Source: Candidatus Ozemobacteraceae bacterium (GTDB lineage Bacteria; Muiribacteriota; Ozemobacteria; Ozemobacterales; Ozemobacteraceae). From it: a DNA stretch of 64,000 nt. Of the stretch, positions 1 through 9,764 are shown piece by piece. Every line of letters starts with the position of its first letter. Position 1 is the stretch's first letter. Below the pieces are notes generated by a model, which saw only the letters and a list, made by a program, of their open reading frames with translations, was not told where the DNA came from and did not search any database. The position numbers and the translations under genes are program-made. The stretch lies in contig OZ223236.1 of assembly GCA_965140445.1 (NCBI GenBank), forward strand, positions 4,032,001 through 4,096,000, written 5' to 3'.

Positions 1-1412
1 ATTGTTTCAGCAGTTCTAGTAGTTGTGATTGGATTATCGTTTTTGAATCCCAATAAATCAGATATTACTGGAACAACACTCATGGTAATTGTCTTTGATT
101 CAGGATTTACCTGAGGCTTTACGGTTAATGTAATGCCCACTGGAACAAATTCAATATTCTCTGTAGTTCCAGTTTGATTAACTGTCTGAGAGGACTTGTA
201 AGGGTATCTCGTACTAATGTCTATTTTAGCTTCGTGACCGCTAAGAGTCATAAGTTTGGGCTGTGATAAAATTTTACCCTTATTATTTGATTGGGCACTT
301 TCAAGTAGGGCTGTTAAACCAGAAAGATTCCATCGTCCAAATTGAAAATCATTAGCAGGGTCAGTCGTTGTATTGTTAGCTGTATTTGATTGAGGAATTC
401 CCAAAGGGTTTGAAGTAGGCCTAACAGGCCCTTGATACCCACCAACCATTGTCCAGTTAATACCAAGTTTTCTTTCAAAACCTGCGTCAAGAGCAACAAT
501 ATGGGCTTCTATAATAACCTGAGGAATTGGAGTATTAATTCTAGTAAAGTACTCTCTAATTACATCCATCTTATCCTGGCTAGCTGTAATCATTAGAATT
601 CTGCGAACCTTATCAAAAAGATAATACTCTTTTCGGATTTGATTCACGCCATTTACAGCAGTTTGAGCATCGCTTGTTTCTTCTAGTTTTCCACGCTTTC
701 CATAGAGGATAAAATTTAAATTATCTTCAAGATCTTCAAAATCAGTAACATACTCAAGTGTAAAGACTTCACTGGTGAATTCTTTAACTTCATCTTCATT
801 TCTGGTAACGGTTGCCTGATCAATTTTTTTAACCATAGCTTCTGCTCTGGCAACGGCTTTTGGCTCGCCTGTTATGATCAAACTATTGGTTGGAACGTCA
901 GCCAGAATTCTTAGCCCGCTGTCTACAGACAAAACCGTATCAACGATACCTTCAGCTTGTCTATTAACAAGAGCAATCATTTTGGTTACTTCAATCTTTT
1001 CAATTTTTTCTTCTGGAACTACTGCAGCAATAGGAGAAAAGTCCTTTTTCTTGCCAATTGCTTTAAAAACATGCAGATCTTTATCGTCAATGAACCAGCC
1101 ATAACCTTTGTTGGTAAGTAAAGAATCAAGAGCGGATTCAATAGTCTGGCCCTTAATGTTTACATCAACAATTTCATCAAGCTTTTCATGGGCTTTAACC
1201 TTTAACCCAGCCATTCCAGATAAAATCTGAACTCCAGTGCTTAAAGTCGCTTTTTTTAGGACGAGATCAACACCAGCATCCATAGAATCTTGAGGTGCAG
1301 TGCTTGCAGTCAAAATTCCGGCAGGAAAAGCGAGGCTGCTACAAAACAGCACGACAACCAAAACCAAAACGGTATTTAGTGCTGATAATCGATTTAAGAA
1401 AAATTTATTCAT
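1..1412 (-). CDS. pilQ: Secretin (PilQ/GspD family), runs off the left edge of the window
   Basis: Not in the ORF track (no stop in window). Hand translation from ATG at 1412: signal peptide MNKFFLNRLSALNTVLVLVVVLFCSSLAFPA, N-domain segment ILADVPTNSLIITGEPKAV, and secretin motifs PQVIIEAHIV, KILSQPKLMTLSGHEAKIDI, VGITLTVKPQV. Last gene of the pil/gsp cluster. Confidence 0.9.
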   Translation of the reverse strand, partial: MNKFFLNRLSALNTVLVLVVVLFCSSLAFPAGILTASTAPQDSMDAGVDLVLKKATLSTGVQILSGMAGLKVKAHEKLDEIVDVNIKGQTIESALDSLLTNKGYGWFIDDKDLHVFKAIGKKKDFSPIAAVVPEEKIEKIEVTKMIALVNRQAEGIVDTVLSVDSGLRILADVPTNSLIITGEPKAVARAEAMVKKIDQATVTRNEDEVKEFTSEVFTLEYVTDFEDLEDNLNFILYGKRGKLEETSDAQTAVNGVNQIRKEYYLFDKVRRILMITASQDKMDVIREYFTRINTPIPQVIIEAHIVALDAGFERKLGINWTMVGGYQGPVRPTSNPLGIPQSNTANNTTTDPANDFQFGRWNLSGLTALLESAQSNNKGKILSQPKLMTLSGHEAKIDISTRYPYKSSQTVNQTGTTENIEFVPVGITLTVKPQVNPESKTITMSVVPVISDLLGFKNDNPITTTRTAET

Positions 1413-1577
1413 ATTGTAAACAGACCCCCCATATTATTCTGGACCCCGCTAATTATTTTCAACATTCCTTGTCTAATTGACCTCAGGAAATGGATATTTA
1501 ACTTAACACAGCGTACACAATTATCCAACAGTTTTTTTTCTTCTCTTTTTTGAAAGATTTTATTAAACGCGTTGTGA

Positions 1578-1982
1578 CTATTCACCGAGTTTAACCTCTC
1601 TTTCGATACTTCCCCACTTCAATTTGCAGGACTTTTCATCCATTGAAACAAGTTCAACTTCTCTATATTTTTTGCCAGGTTGCAGCGGAAAGCTTTCTCC
1701 ATTTTTACTTTCAATAATGGCATTCCAGCCTCCATCCTCGCCTCTGAAAAATCCTTTGAGACTAAGAGTTTCAAAAAACTTTTCCTTAAACGGATGGTTT
1801 AAGCCAACAAAAGACTTTTTTAAGGCTTCAAGGTTGGTCTTTCTCATTGGGGCAACCCAGGAAGACATATCTAGTTCAGAGGTAGTATTTGCAACGCTCT
1901 CTTCTTTGGCAATCATGATAAAAAAAACAATACTGAAAGCAACCGCACCAATAACAGAAAACTGTAACCACTTATTCATCAC
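1578..1982 (-). CDS. PilP/GspC-like alignment-complex protein (N-terminal TM anchor)
   Basis: N-terminal hydrophobic segment, C-terminal LSLKGFF...AIIE...L.PGK beta-domain pattern typical of PilP/GspC HR domains; lies between PilO-like gene and secretin. Confidence 0.6.
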   Translation of the reverse strand: MMNKWLQFSVIGAVAFSIVFFIMIAKEESVANTTSELDMSSWVAPMRKTNLEALKKSFVGLNHPFKEKFFETLSLKGFFRGEDGGWNAIIESKNGESFPLQPGKKYREVELVSMDEKSCKLKWGSIEREVKLGE

Positions 1983-2551
1983 AGCCCTCCCGTTTTATTC
2001 ATCATTTTTTCCAGCATTGCCATTTCGGATTTGTCTCTGGAAAAAAGCAACTCAAGATCCACATTTAAAACTAGTTCAGAACCGGATTTTTTTTCCATTT
2101 GCATGGAAGTAATTTTCGCAATCTGTCCTTCTGATTCCAAAAAAGCCAATGCCTTTAAGCTCTCGTCAAATCCACCTTCAAATCTAAGTTTGAATGGCCA
2201 CCTGACAATATTTCCATCTTCGACAAAATTTCCGCCACGTTCAATTTTCCATTTTCCTGGGAACTGCTGCTTCAAATTCTCAAATTTATCTTCGATCTTT
2301 CCATTCTCAGGATCAAAAGGAGGTAAAAAACTAGAAACCTTACGAAGTCCATCAGTTATCTGCTGACTTTGCATTTTTAACTTTTTGAGCTCATTTTCAT
2401 TTTCGCCCGCCTTCAACCTGGCCAAAGATTGCTCCAGCCTGGCAAGAACAACCTTTTTATCTCGCAAATCTGCAACTCCAGGGAATAAAATGCGCTGAGT
2501 GTATAACACAACAAGCATTACACCCACAATTGCTTTTAAAATGTTTTCCAT
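1979..2551 (-). CDS. pilO: PilO/GspM-like protein
   Basis: TM, coiled coil, then RWPFKLRFEGGFDESLKALAFLES resembling the PilO periplasmic motif; position in cluster. Confidence 0.7.
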   Translation of the reverse strand: MENILKAIVGVMLVVLYTQRILFPGVADLRDKKVVLARLEQSLARLKAGENENELKKLKMQSQQITDGLRKVSSFLPPFDPENGKIEDKFENLKQQFPGKWKIERGGNFVEDGNIVRWPFKLRFEGGFDESLKALAFLESEGQIAKITSMQMEKKSGSELVLNVDLELLFSRDKSEMAMLEKMMNKTGGL

Positions 2552-2553
2552 TT

Positions 2554-4035
2554 TTATCCCCCTAAGACCGCAGTAATTGAGAATTCCATAGCATCAGCAT
2601 TTTTGCCCTGCGGAAAATGAACTTTGACATCCTGCAATATAGGAATTTTCTGAAGTCTGTTCCAGAATGCTAATACAGCCTCTGTTTCAAAAGAATATCC
2701 CTTTATGAGCAAAGTATTATTAGCAGGAGAAACCATTATTTTCTCAAACCTTAAAGCCTCTGGTTTCTGAGCACTAATTAAAGCAATAGCAGCACTAACA
2801 AATTTTTGTTGAGAAAGTTCGCCTCTAACCACATTTGAAATTTGAAACAGCGAATTCATCCTGTCAGAATTAATTTTTATCTGATCAAAGAAAGGTTTAG
2901 ACTGAGAGTTTTTACGACTCAAATAATCAATTTTCTGCTCAAGAATTTTTGCATTTATTTTAATGAAAGCCAATGGAATCAACAAAAAGAACATTATAAA
3001 CATCCACGCAACTCTTGGACTTAAAGCAAACCTGAAAAAAGGAGGTCTTGGAGGTAGAAGACTTGTGGTTTTTTTGCTTGTTGCACCAAGGAACCATTCA
3101 AGATCTGAATCCTGTGAAATCTCCTCTTTGTATCCAGAATTCAGAGGATAAACTTCACCGCTGAAGGTTTGCTCCAAAAGCTCTTTCATTCCTGCAAGTT
3201 TCAAATAAGGCATTGCAAGAAGAATAGTCTGGTTTCCAGCAATTTTTTTCCTGGACCTGATAAAAGCGAAGAACGGAGTAATTCTGGCAAGAAGTTCTCT
3301 CTGGTTCTGCCTTATAATCTCAAGTGAATTTGGATCAGGATTCTTTACTTCACCAGTAAAATAGGTCTTAACCTCATCAAGCCCAAGCTTAAGCGTCCTT
3401 AAAAGTCGATCTTCCAGCTCTTTGAGAGACCCGGTAATTGCGGTTCTGACACCAATAATCTCAGAGCCTCTGGCAACAACCATGTTTACATCGGAATACC
3501 CAAGTGACAAAAGGCAAACCTGATCAGCAGTCTTTGTAGAAGACAACTGCTGCAAATATGATCCAATTAGTGCCTCAATAACAGTCACAACTCTTACTAA
3601 CGTGTGGCCAGTCTGATTAGCAATCGCCTGCAATTTTTCTACATAAGATCTATTTACATGCGAAACAAGATAATCACGACTTCCGCCTTCACCAGAAGAA
3701 AGCCTGCGCAAAGCAATTCTTGAATCAGCTTTGGTTCCAAAATATTCTTCTTTTTTAAGATCTATATGATTAAGAATTTCTTTTTCGTTAAGCTTTTCAG
3801 GAAAGGGGAGAATTTTTGATCCAGAATTCAGATGCAAAATGAGTGAGAATTGCCTAATTCCCTTAAAATCATCTTTCAAAACCCGTCTTAGAGTTTCAAA
3901 CTGATCACGGCCTTCAGTTATTTCAATTCTTTTTTGTTTCCATTTTTTTTCGCGGGGGTACATCAACTGAAGATAATTTTCTTCAATCTCAATTATTCCC
4001 TCGGAGGGATCCCCAAATAACTTTAAAAGACTCAA
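2554..4035 (-). CDS. PilM-PilN fusion (GspL-like architecture)
   Basis: About 320-aa cytoplasmic actin-like region (LLSLGYSDVNMVV), a TSLLPP segment where PilN has INLLP, one TM helix, then PilN-like periplasmic domain (LLIKGYS...MEFSITA). TTG start with AGGAGG SD. Confidence 0.7.
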   Translation of the reverse strand: MSLLKLFGDPSEGIIEIEENYLQLMYPREKKWKQKRIEITEGRDQFETLRRVLKDDFKGIRQFSLILHLNSGSKILPFPEKLNEKEILNHIDLKKEEYFGTKADSRIALRRLSSGEGGSRDYLVSHVNRSYVEKLQAIANQTGHTLVRVVTVIEALIGSYLQQLSSTKTADQVCLLSLGYSDVNMVVARGSEIIGVRTAITGSLKELEDRLLRTLKLGLDEVKTYFTGEVKNPDPNSLEIIRQNQRELLARITPFFAFIRSRKKIAGNQTILLAMPYLKLAGMKELLEQTFSGEVYPLNSGYKEEISQDSDLEWFLGATSKKTTSLLPPRPPFFRFALSPRVAWMFIMFFLLIPLAFIKINAKILEQKIDYLSRKNSQSKPFFDQIKINSDRMNSLFQISNVVRGELSQQKFVSAAIALISAQKPEALRFEKIMVSPANNTLLIKGYSFETEAVLAFWNRLQKIPILQDVKVHFPQGKNADAMEFSITAVLGG

Positions 4036-4080
4036 AATAATCCTCCTGTCCAGAACTTATCTCCCGGATAATAGTCTCTT

Positions 4081-4109
4081 TTTTTACGCCCAAACCACTT
4101 TTTAGTCAA
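4081..4109 (-). promoter_or_regulatory. Candidate sigma70 promoter for pilMN-O-P
   Basis: Minus strand TTGACT-17 nt-TAAAAA in the 80-nt gap upstream of the PilM-PilN gene. Confidence 0.45.
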
Positions 4110-4115
4110 GATATT

Positions 4116-4565
4116 TTAACTCCCGTTGCGGGGAAAAACAACAAACTTTAGTGCAGTTCCCTCATAATCATTTACCTGCAACGCTACTGTAACAAGCTTT
4201 TTGGTTGGATCCCAACGCATTGTAGCAGAGGCGTTATTCAAAATTGGCTCATTTCGCCACAACAACTGCTTAGTTGATGAATTATAACTAAAATCTCGGA
4301 TTCCAGCCGGAGTTCGAGAAACATATGTTCCACTAACATCAGAATACAGACTTTTATTCCAGCCCCTAATGTTCTTGTACATTAAAAGATAGGTGTTCAT
4401 AAGCTTTGCCATAGACTGACTCTTTGATTCAATATGAGTATAAGTCCTGTTTTGCCAGTATATAACTGAAAAAGTTGCAGAAGCTAAAACGGCCAGTAAT
4501 GCAACAGACAACAATAGCTCCATAAGAGTTAATCCGTACCTGTTTTTGAATTTTTGTTTTTTCAT
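4116..4565 (-). CDS. Prepilin/pseudopilin (PilW/GspJ-like)
   Basis: Class III signal RYG/LTLMELLLSVALLAV; likely start MKKQKFK at 4565 overlapping upstream stop (ATGA). Confidence 0.85.
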   Translation of the reverse strand: MKKQKFKNRYGLTLMELLLSVALLAVLASATFSVIYWQNRTYTHIESKSQSMAKLMNTYLLMYKNIRGWNKSLYSDVSGTYVSRTPAGIRDFSYNSSTKQLLWRNEPILNNASATMRWDPTKKLVTVALQVNDYEGTALKFVVFPRNGS

Positions 4566-4993
4566 GGCAAAGCCGCCCACACAATCTGCCCCGCAGAATT
4601 CACAGTTACACGAGCAAAATTGTTTACCGGATTTTTACGACTAACATTGATTATCCGACTCCCTGGTGTTTTTTTTGCTCCATTTGAATCAAAATCAATA
4701 ACTGCAGTGCTGTTAACAATGTAATCTTCTGATAGTTCAAAACTTTTTGTCGCAACTTCATATTTATTGCTTCCAGCGGTGAATACAACCTGACTGAAAC
4801 CGGGCAAATCGAGCAATCCCATACTTCTGGCATACTCAATATCGTAAGCAAGACTCTGTATAGCTTTTGCATCAGCCCTTTTTCCTGTGTCCGTGTAGAA
4901 AGTTGGAATAGCAACTGCCGCAACAATAGCAACTAAAGAAATTACCAGAAGTAATTCCATAATTGTAAAAGCCTTACGTGATTTAAGAACCAT
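4562..4993 (-). CDS. Prepilin/pseudopilin (FimT/GspH-like)
   Basis: Class III signal RKA/FTIMELLLVISLVAIVAAVAIP; LAYDIEYARSM and C-terminal V.VNSAGQI typical of FimT/GspH. Confidence 0.85.
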   Translation of the reverse strand: MVLKSRKAFTIMELLLVISLVAIVAAVAIPTFYTDTGKRADAKAIQSLAYDIEYARSMGLLDLPGFSQVVFTAGSNKYEVATKSFELSEDYIVNSTAVIDFDSNGAKKTPGSRIINVSRKNPVNNFARVTVNSAGQIVWAALP

Positions 4994-4995
4994 TA

Positions 4996-6210
4996 TTACC
5001 TTCCTCTAAAAGCCTGTGACATCTGGAAAATAGGCAAGATAACTGCCAACATGATAAAACCAACAATCCCGGCCATGAAGAAAATTATTAAAGGTTCAAT
5101 AATACTTAAGGTGGCTTTTATTGAGCTTTGCAGGACATCGTCGTAATAGGAAGCGATTTCATTGAACATTTTGTCAAGGTTTCCTGTCTGCTCACCAGTC
5201 TCAATTAATTTAAGTGCCATTGGAGGAAAAATTGGATTGCCCTCTAAAGCGAGACGCATGGTTGTCCCTCTTTCAATGAAGGTTCTCATTGACGCAAGAG
5301 TGTTTCTGGCAGTTGGCATGGTTAAAGTAGATTCAACTGCACCAAGAAGTTCAAGTAAAGGAACTCCAGCTCCTAGCAAAAGCCCGAGAGACTCTGAGAT
5401 GTGAACAATCAAATAGTTTCTTACAACCGCTCTAACGACTGGAATTTTCAGGGCAATTTCTCCAGCGATCCATCTTCCTGTTCTTGTTACAACTCCTAAG
5501 AAAGCGAGCAAAAAACCGACGGCTAAAAGAATTAAAAATACAACATAGTATTCCTTGAAAATATCACCGACCCCAAGAACTATTTTCGTCGGAAGTGGTA
5601 AAGGGAAATTAGCACTTTTGAACATCACAGCAAATCTCGGCAATGCAAAACCAAATAGAATTCCCAAGACTCCTGAAGTTACAAGAATTAGCAGAGCTGG
5701 ATAAGTTAAAGCACTAAACAACTGGTTTCTTAAAGCAACGGAACGTTGATTAACGCTGGCAAGTTTAACCAAAACTTCTTCCAACACACCACCTGTTTCT
5801 CCAATTCTAATCATATTTATAAAAAATGGAGAAAAGTGTTCGGGGTAGTTCGCCAGAGCGTCAGAAAAGGAATTTCCCTTTTCTATATCTCGTTTAACTC
5901 CGCCAACAATTCGCTTCAGGGTAACATTTTCTTCTCCCTGCTCAAGAGAAGCAAGAGCTTCAAGAAGAGAAACACCGCTTTTTATCATTACTGAAAGCTG
6001 AATCAAAAAAGCATTGAAGAGTCGCGCAGGAATCCATGAGAAAATTCTAACTTCTGAGTCTAATTTCCAGGAACCACCGGATTCATCCAATGAAAGAATC
6101 CAAAGATCCTTCTTTTCCAGCTCAGTCATTGCGGCCTGCTTATCCTGAGCTTCTAAGGTTCCCTTTAACTCCTGCCCATCATTATTTTTTGCAATATAAT
6201 CGAAAAGCAC
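4996..6210 (-). CDS. pilC: Inner-membrane platform protein PilC/GspF
   Basis: QLSVMIKSGV, GETGGVLEEVL, ALTYP, GEQTGNLDKM, IEP..I, ILPIF motifs of T2SSF repeats. Confidence 0.95.
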   Translation of the reverse strand: MLFDYIAKNNDGQELKGTLEAQDKQAAMTELEKKDLWILSLDESGGSWKLDSEVRIFSWIPARLFNAFLIQLSVMIKSGVSLLEALASLEQGEENVTLKRIVGGVKRDIEKGNSFSDALANYPEHFSPFFINMIRIGETGGVLEEVLVKLASVNQRSVALRNQLFSALTYPALLILVTSGVLGILFGFALPRFAVMFKSANFPLPLPTKIVLGVGDIFKEYYVVFLILLAVGFLLAFLGVVTRTGRWIAGEIALKIPVVRAVVRNYLIVHISESLGLLLGAGVPLLELLGAVESTLTMPTARNTLASMRTFIERGTTMRLALEGNPIFPPMALKLIETGEQTGNLDKMFNEIASYYDDVLQSSIKATLSIIEPLIIFFMAGIVGFIMLAVILPIFQMSQAFRGR

Positions 6211-6244
6211 TTTTATTTCCTTCCGTTTTCAAGCTAAGAGAAAT

Positions 6245-7894
6245 CTAGATAACTCTTGCCAACTCCTCAAAACTTGTAATTCCAGCTTTTACTTTTTCAA
6301 TTCCATTTTCAAGTAAAGTTCGCATTCCCTCTTTGGCAGCACAATCCTGAATTGATTCTGAATCAGACTTATCAAGAATTAGCTTTCTAATGGCTCGGGT
6401 TACAGGCAAAACTTCTTCTATACAGGTTCTATTTCTGTATCCGGTGCGATTGCATGCTGGACACCCCTTACCTCGATAACTTTTAAATGAGCCGCTGATT
6501 CCGTGAAAAATGCCTGGAACCATTTCTTCTTGTTCAGCACATTCTGAGCAATTGACTCTAACCAATCTTTGAGCTACACCAGCAGCAAGTGTATTGGCAA
6601 TCAGGTAGGGTTCCATTCCCATTTCAAGAAGTCGCACAGGAACTTCTGCAGCAGTTCCTGTATGGATAGTAGAAAACACAAGGTGACCTGTCATCGCCGC
6701 ATTAATTGCCAGCTTTGCAGTTTCAGTGTCACGAACTTCGCCAATCATAATAATGTCAGGGTCCATTCTGAGTATTGAACGTAGACCATTAGCAAACGAA
6801 AGGTCAATTCTTGGGTTAACCTGGATCTGGTTAAGCATTGGCATTTGCATTTCAACAGGATCTTCAAGAGTGATTATTTTCTTTTTATCATCGTTTAAGC
6901 TTCTGAGAACAGAGTATAAAGTGGTTGTTTTGCCTGATCCTGTTTGTCCAGCAACAAGTATCATTCCGTTTTTTCTGGAAAGCTGCTGTTCAAGGCTTTT
7001 GAATCCATTCTCACTAAAACCAAGTTCTGAAAGGTCTTTGAAGTTAGGACCCCTGTTTAAAACCCTTATAACTAGGTTCTCACCCTGTAAAGTTGGAATC
7101 GTGGCAGTTCTAAAGTCTACGACTTCCCCGTCAACCTTAAGCATAATCCTACCATCTTGAGGTAATCTGTGCTCACTCACATCCATCCTGGACATAACTT
7201 TTAATCTGGAAATAATATATGGATGAAGATGGGATTTTGGTCTGAACATGGTTTGCAGAATTCCATCAATTCTGAATCGAATATGAAAATCCACATTATC
7301 TATCTCGATATGAACATCCGAAGCCTGCTCTTTTACGGCTTTTTGCAGCACCTGATTCACAAATTTAATTACAGGCGTATCCTGGAGCTCAAGATCTTCT
7401 TCTTCCAGTCTGGAAAGAAGCGTTTCGTCCTCCATTTCCTGAACCTGCTTAAGAGTATGGGCAATGTTCTCTGCACCTGAATAATACTGCTCAATTGCGT
7501 CAGAAATTTTCCTTGATGCGGCCAGAATAAGAGAAACAGGCCTTCGAGCCCGACTCTCAATGTCATCAATAATAGAAATATTCAGCGGATCAGAAGTAGC
7601 AACGATCAGGCGGCCATTCTGCACTGTCAAAGGAATCAAATTATATTTTCTGGCGAGATTGTATGGAACTTCATGAATTAATGATGGGTCAACGATAAGC
7701 TCATCGCTATTAATCACTGGGATTCCAAGCTGGTCACTTAAGGATTGAAGCAGCTCTTTCTCCCCAATTATTTTCATTTCAATCAATGCTTCACCAAGTT
7801 TTATCCCTTTTTTCTTAACAACTTCCAGGGCTTCCTGAAGTTGCTTATGAGAGATAACACCAGCATCAATTAAAGCATCACCAATTCTTTTCAT
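6245..7894 (-). CDS. pilB: Assembly ATPase PilB/GspE with MshEN N-terminus
   Basis: Walker A GQTGSGKTTT, Asp box TLEDPVE, LRMDPDIIMIGEVRD, TGHLVFSTIH, zinc motif CSEC...CPAC. Confidence 0.95.
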   Translation of the reverse strand: MKRIGDALIDAGVISHKQLQEALEVVKKKGIKLGEALIEMKIIGEKELLQSLSDQLGIPVINSDELIVDPSLIHEVPYNLARKYNLIPLTVQNGRLIVATSDPLNISIIDDIESRARRPVSLILAASRKISDAIEQYYSGAENIAHTLKQVQEMEDETLLSRLEEEDLELQDTPVIKFVNQVLQKAVKEQASDVHIEIDNVDFHIRFRIDGILQTMFRPKSHLHPYIISRLKVMSRMDVSEHRLPQDGRIMLKVDGEVVDFRTATIPTLQGENLVIRVLNRGPNFKDLSELGFSENGFKSLEQQLSRKNGMILVAGQTGSGKTTTLYSVLRSLNDDKKKIITLEDPVEMQMPMLNQIQVNPRIDLSFANGLRSILRMDPDIIMIGEVRDTETAKLAINAAMTGHLVFSTIHTGTAAEVPVRLLEMGMEPYLIANTLAAGVAQRLVRVNCSECAEQEEMVPGIFHGISGSFKSYRGKGCPACNRTGYRNRTCIEEVLPVTRAIRKLILDKSDSESIQDCAAKEGMRTLLENGIEKVKAGITSFEELARVI

Positions 7895-7911
7895 ATCTAT
7901 ATCTCACTTAT

Positions 7912-8361
7912 CTATGGATTATGTACAAAATACTTTAAGGAAAAAACAACTCGCATTCCTTCTTGTCGCCAAAGTGGCTCGCCAACAATAATAGTGTTAT
8001 AGCCCAAGGCAGGAAAATCTTCTTTCCACACCCCTAATCTGCCGGTACCAGCCGCATGATAAATAGAATCTTTTGCCAGGGTTTTAGAATCAGCAGACAA
8101 ATATGTTTCTGATTCCATGGGAAGTGCAGCTAAGAAACTCGCAGTATTTGTTGCTGTTGCAGGGTCAGACATCTGAGCTAGCAATCCTTCATATATATTT
8201 GCCGCCGTTACCGCAGCATGGATCTGCCCAAAATTCTTTTCGGCAGCATCCCACGAAGTAAACATATGGTGAGAAATAAAAGTAGACAATACCGCCAACA
8301 GTGAAATTGTAAGCAACAGCTCCATCAGCGTCAGTCCTTTTCTTTTAAGTCCGTTAATCAT
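7912..8361 (-). CDS. Prepilin/pseudopilin (PilV/GspI-like)
   Basis: Class III signal RKG/LTLMELLLTISLLAV; probable start MINGLK at 8361 (TGATG overlap with upstream stop); ORF track extends to 8379. Confidence 0.8.
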   Translation of the reverse strand: MINGLKRKGLTLMELLLTISLLAVLSTFISHHMFTSWDAAEKNFGQIHAAVTAANIYEGLLAQMSDPATATNTASFLAALPMESETYLSADSKTLAKDSIYHAAGTGRLGVWKEDFPALGYNTIIVGEPLWRQEGMRVVFSLKYFVHNP

Positions 8362-8819
8362 CAATAAACCTTTGTCCAACTTAAATAGCTTGTTGGAGTT
8401 CCATTTCCAACTTCAGTAAATGAAGCAATATTCTGGGTGTATGTAGCCCCAAACATTGCTGAGGAGAAACCCGATGGAAATATACCATCTGAGCGATCTG
8501 CCCAGGATGTAACAGCAACCCTCGCTTCATCTGCATCCAGGACAGTACCTTCAATGTATATTGAAAAAGTAGCCAATGGGCCTATAGGATATGAGTAAGT
8601 CGCATTAGTTGTTGCACCAATAGCAGGATTATCTTCAACAACTCGGTTAAATCCAGAATCTGCAGCCACCTGGAGTCTGATCCACTGTCCGCAAGCATCA
8701 GAAAGTCGCCTACCCTCATTAACATTTCTAAAAATTAGTGGGTAAGACACTATAAATGCAAACAAAAGAAGCAAAACAATAACGAGCGAAAACCCCGAAT
8801 TAGTATGCCTCATGTACAC
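8361..8819 (-). CDS. PilX/GspK-like minor pilin
   Basis: NSG/FSLVIVLLLL class III signal lacking Glu5, followed by AADSG (PilX AAEAG-like) motif. Confidence 0.7.
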   Translation of the reverse strand: MYMRHTNSGFSLVIVLLLLFAFIVSYPLIFRNVNEGRRLSDACGQWIRLQVAADSGFNRVVEDNPAIGATTNATYSYPIGPLATFSIYIEGTVLDADEARVAVTSWADRSDGIFPSGFSSAMFGATYTQNIASFTEVGNGTPTSYLSWTKVY

Positions 8820-8850
8820 AAAATCACCTCAACCTATCTTTGTAGCTTTT

Positions 8851-8878
8851 AAAATACCATAGATAGGAATGAAGTCAA
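8851..8878 (-). promoter_or_regulatory. Candidate sigma70 promoter of the pil/gsp cluster
   Basis: Minus strand TTGACT-16 nt-TATTTT with TG of an extended -10, about 30 nt upstream of the first gene. Confidence 0.4.
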
Positions 8879-9001
8879 GAAACTTGGGAGCACAAAAAAA
8901 TAATAGAGGTAAATTGGCGGATATAAAAAACTTAAAACGTAGACTCCCACTTTTTTTGTCTGCAATGACCTTTTTGAGCCTGATTTTGTTCTAAACAAAT
9001 T

Positions 9002-9764
9002 TTAGTTTGCATATGTAGTACATTTTTTACAAATGCTTGGGAAAGAACCACAATAAAATGACTCTCGAAGCTTCTTAACTTTTTCCAATTGCCAAATGTC
9101 CAACAAGGATGAGTCATTAATATTACCTACAATTAGATCACTTTCTGAATTAAAATCTCTACAGCCACACAACCCAACACTCCCGTCTGAAAACACAATC
9201 GGACCGTCATAAAGCCACATACATGGTTCCTGCTCTAACTAGTGCATACCAGGCAAGAGATCTTTGTCACTAATTTCACCTGTCCACATATCATAATCTG
9301 GATTAAATTCAACAATATGCTTACCTATATTGCGATTTTTTTAGATTGCCAGCCTCTTGAGTTATTTTCAATAGGAATCCAATACTTTCCAGCACTTTTT
9401 CGTAAAATGCATTTCGATAATTTTCGTAGAGATCTTTCTGAAGAGCTCCAGTGCTTATACTAATCTTGGAAATTCCAGAATAAACTAGCGCATTAATGGT
9501 TTCATAATTCAACGCAATAGCATTAGTTATGGTTTCAATACAGGCGATGTTTTCTCTTCTACTAACATGTTTTATTCTAGAAACCAATTTTAGGGAAAAT
9601 AGCTGGATTCGCAACAACTTGAAAGAGGAAGTCAGCACCATCCATTGACAATATTGATCTAGGGCTTTTTCTAAAGCCTCGTCTATCATAAACTTATAAG
9701 GATTAGTTCTATATTGAATTGTTTTTGGAATCATTTCCCAGATGTTAAAACTTTTTGACGACAC
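9002..9764 (-). pseudogene. Degraded radical SAM/SPASM gene
   Basis: Fragments: radical SAM barrel (ITNAIAL...SGISKISISTG) in 9321-9764; frameshift near the A7 run at about 9336-9342; next frame reads YDMWTGEISDKDLLPGMH*LEQEPC (in-frame TAG at 9239-9241) into a SPASM/twitch fragment (DGSVGLCGC...VGNIN...IW...CKKC). No CxxxCxxC motif remains. Confidence 0.8.

Noticed and set aside
9239..9241. Pyrrolysine/readthrough at the in-frame TAG
   Set aside because: The same gene also has a frameshift and lacks its CxxxCxxC motif, so decay is the simpler explanation; other genes here use TAG as a normal stop.
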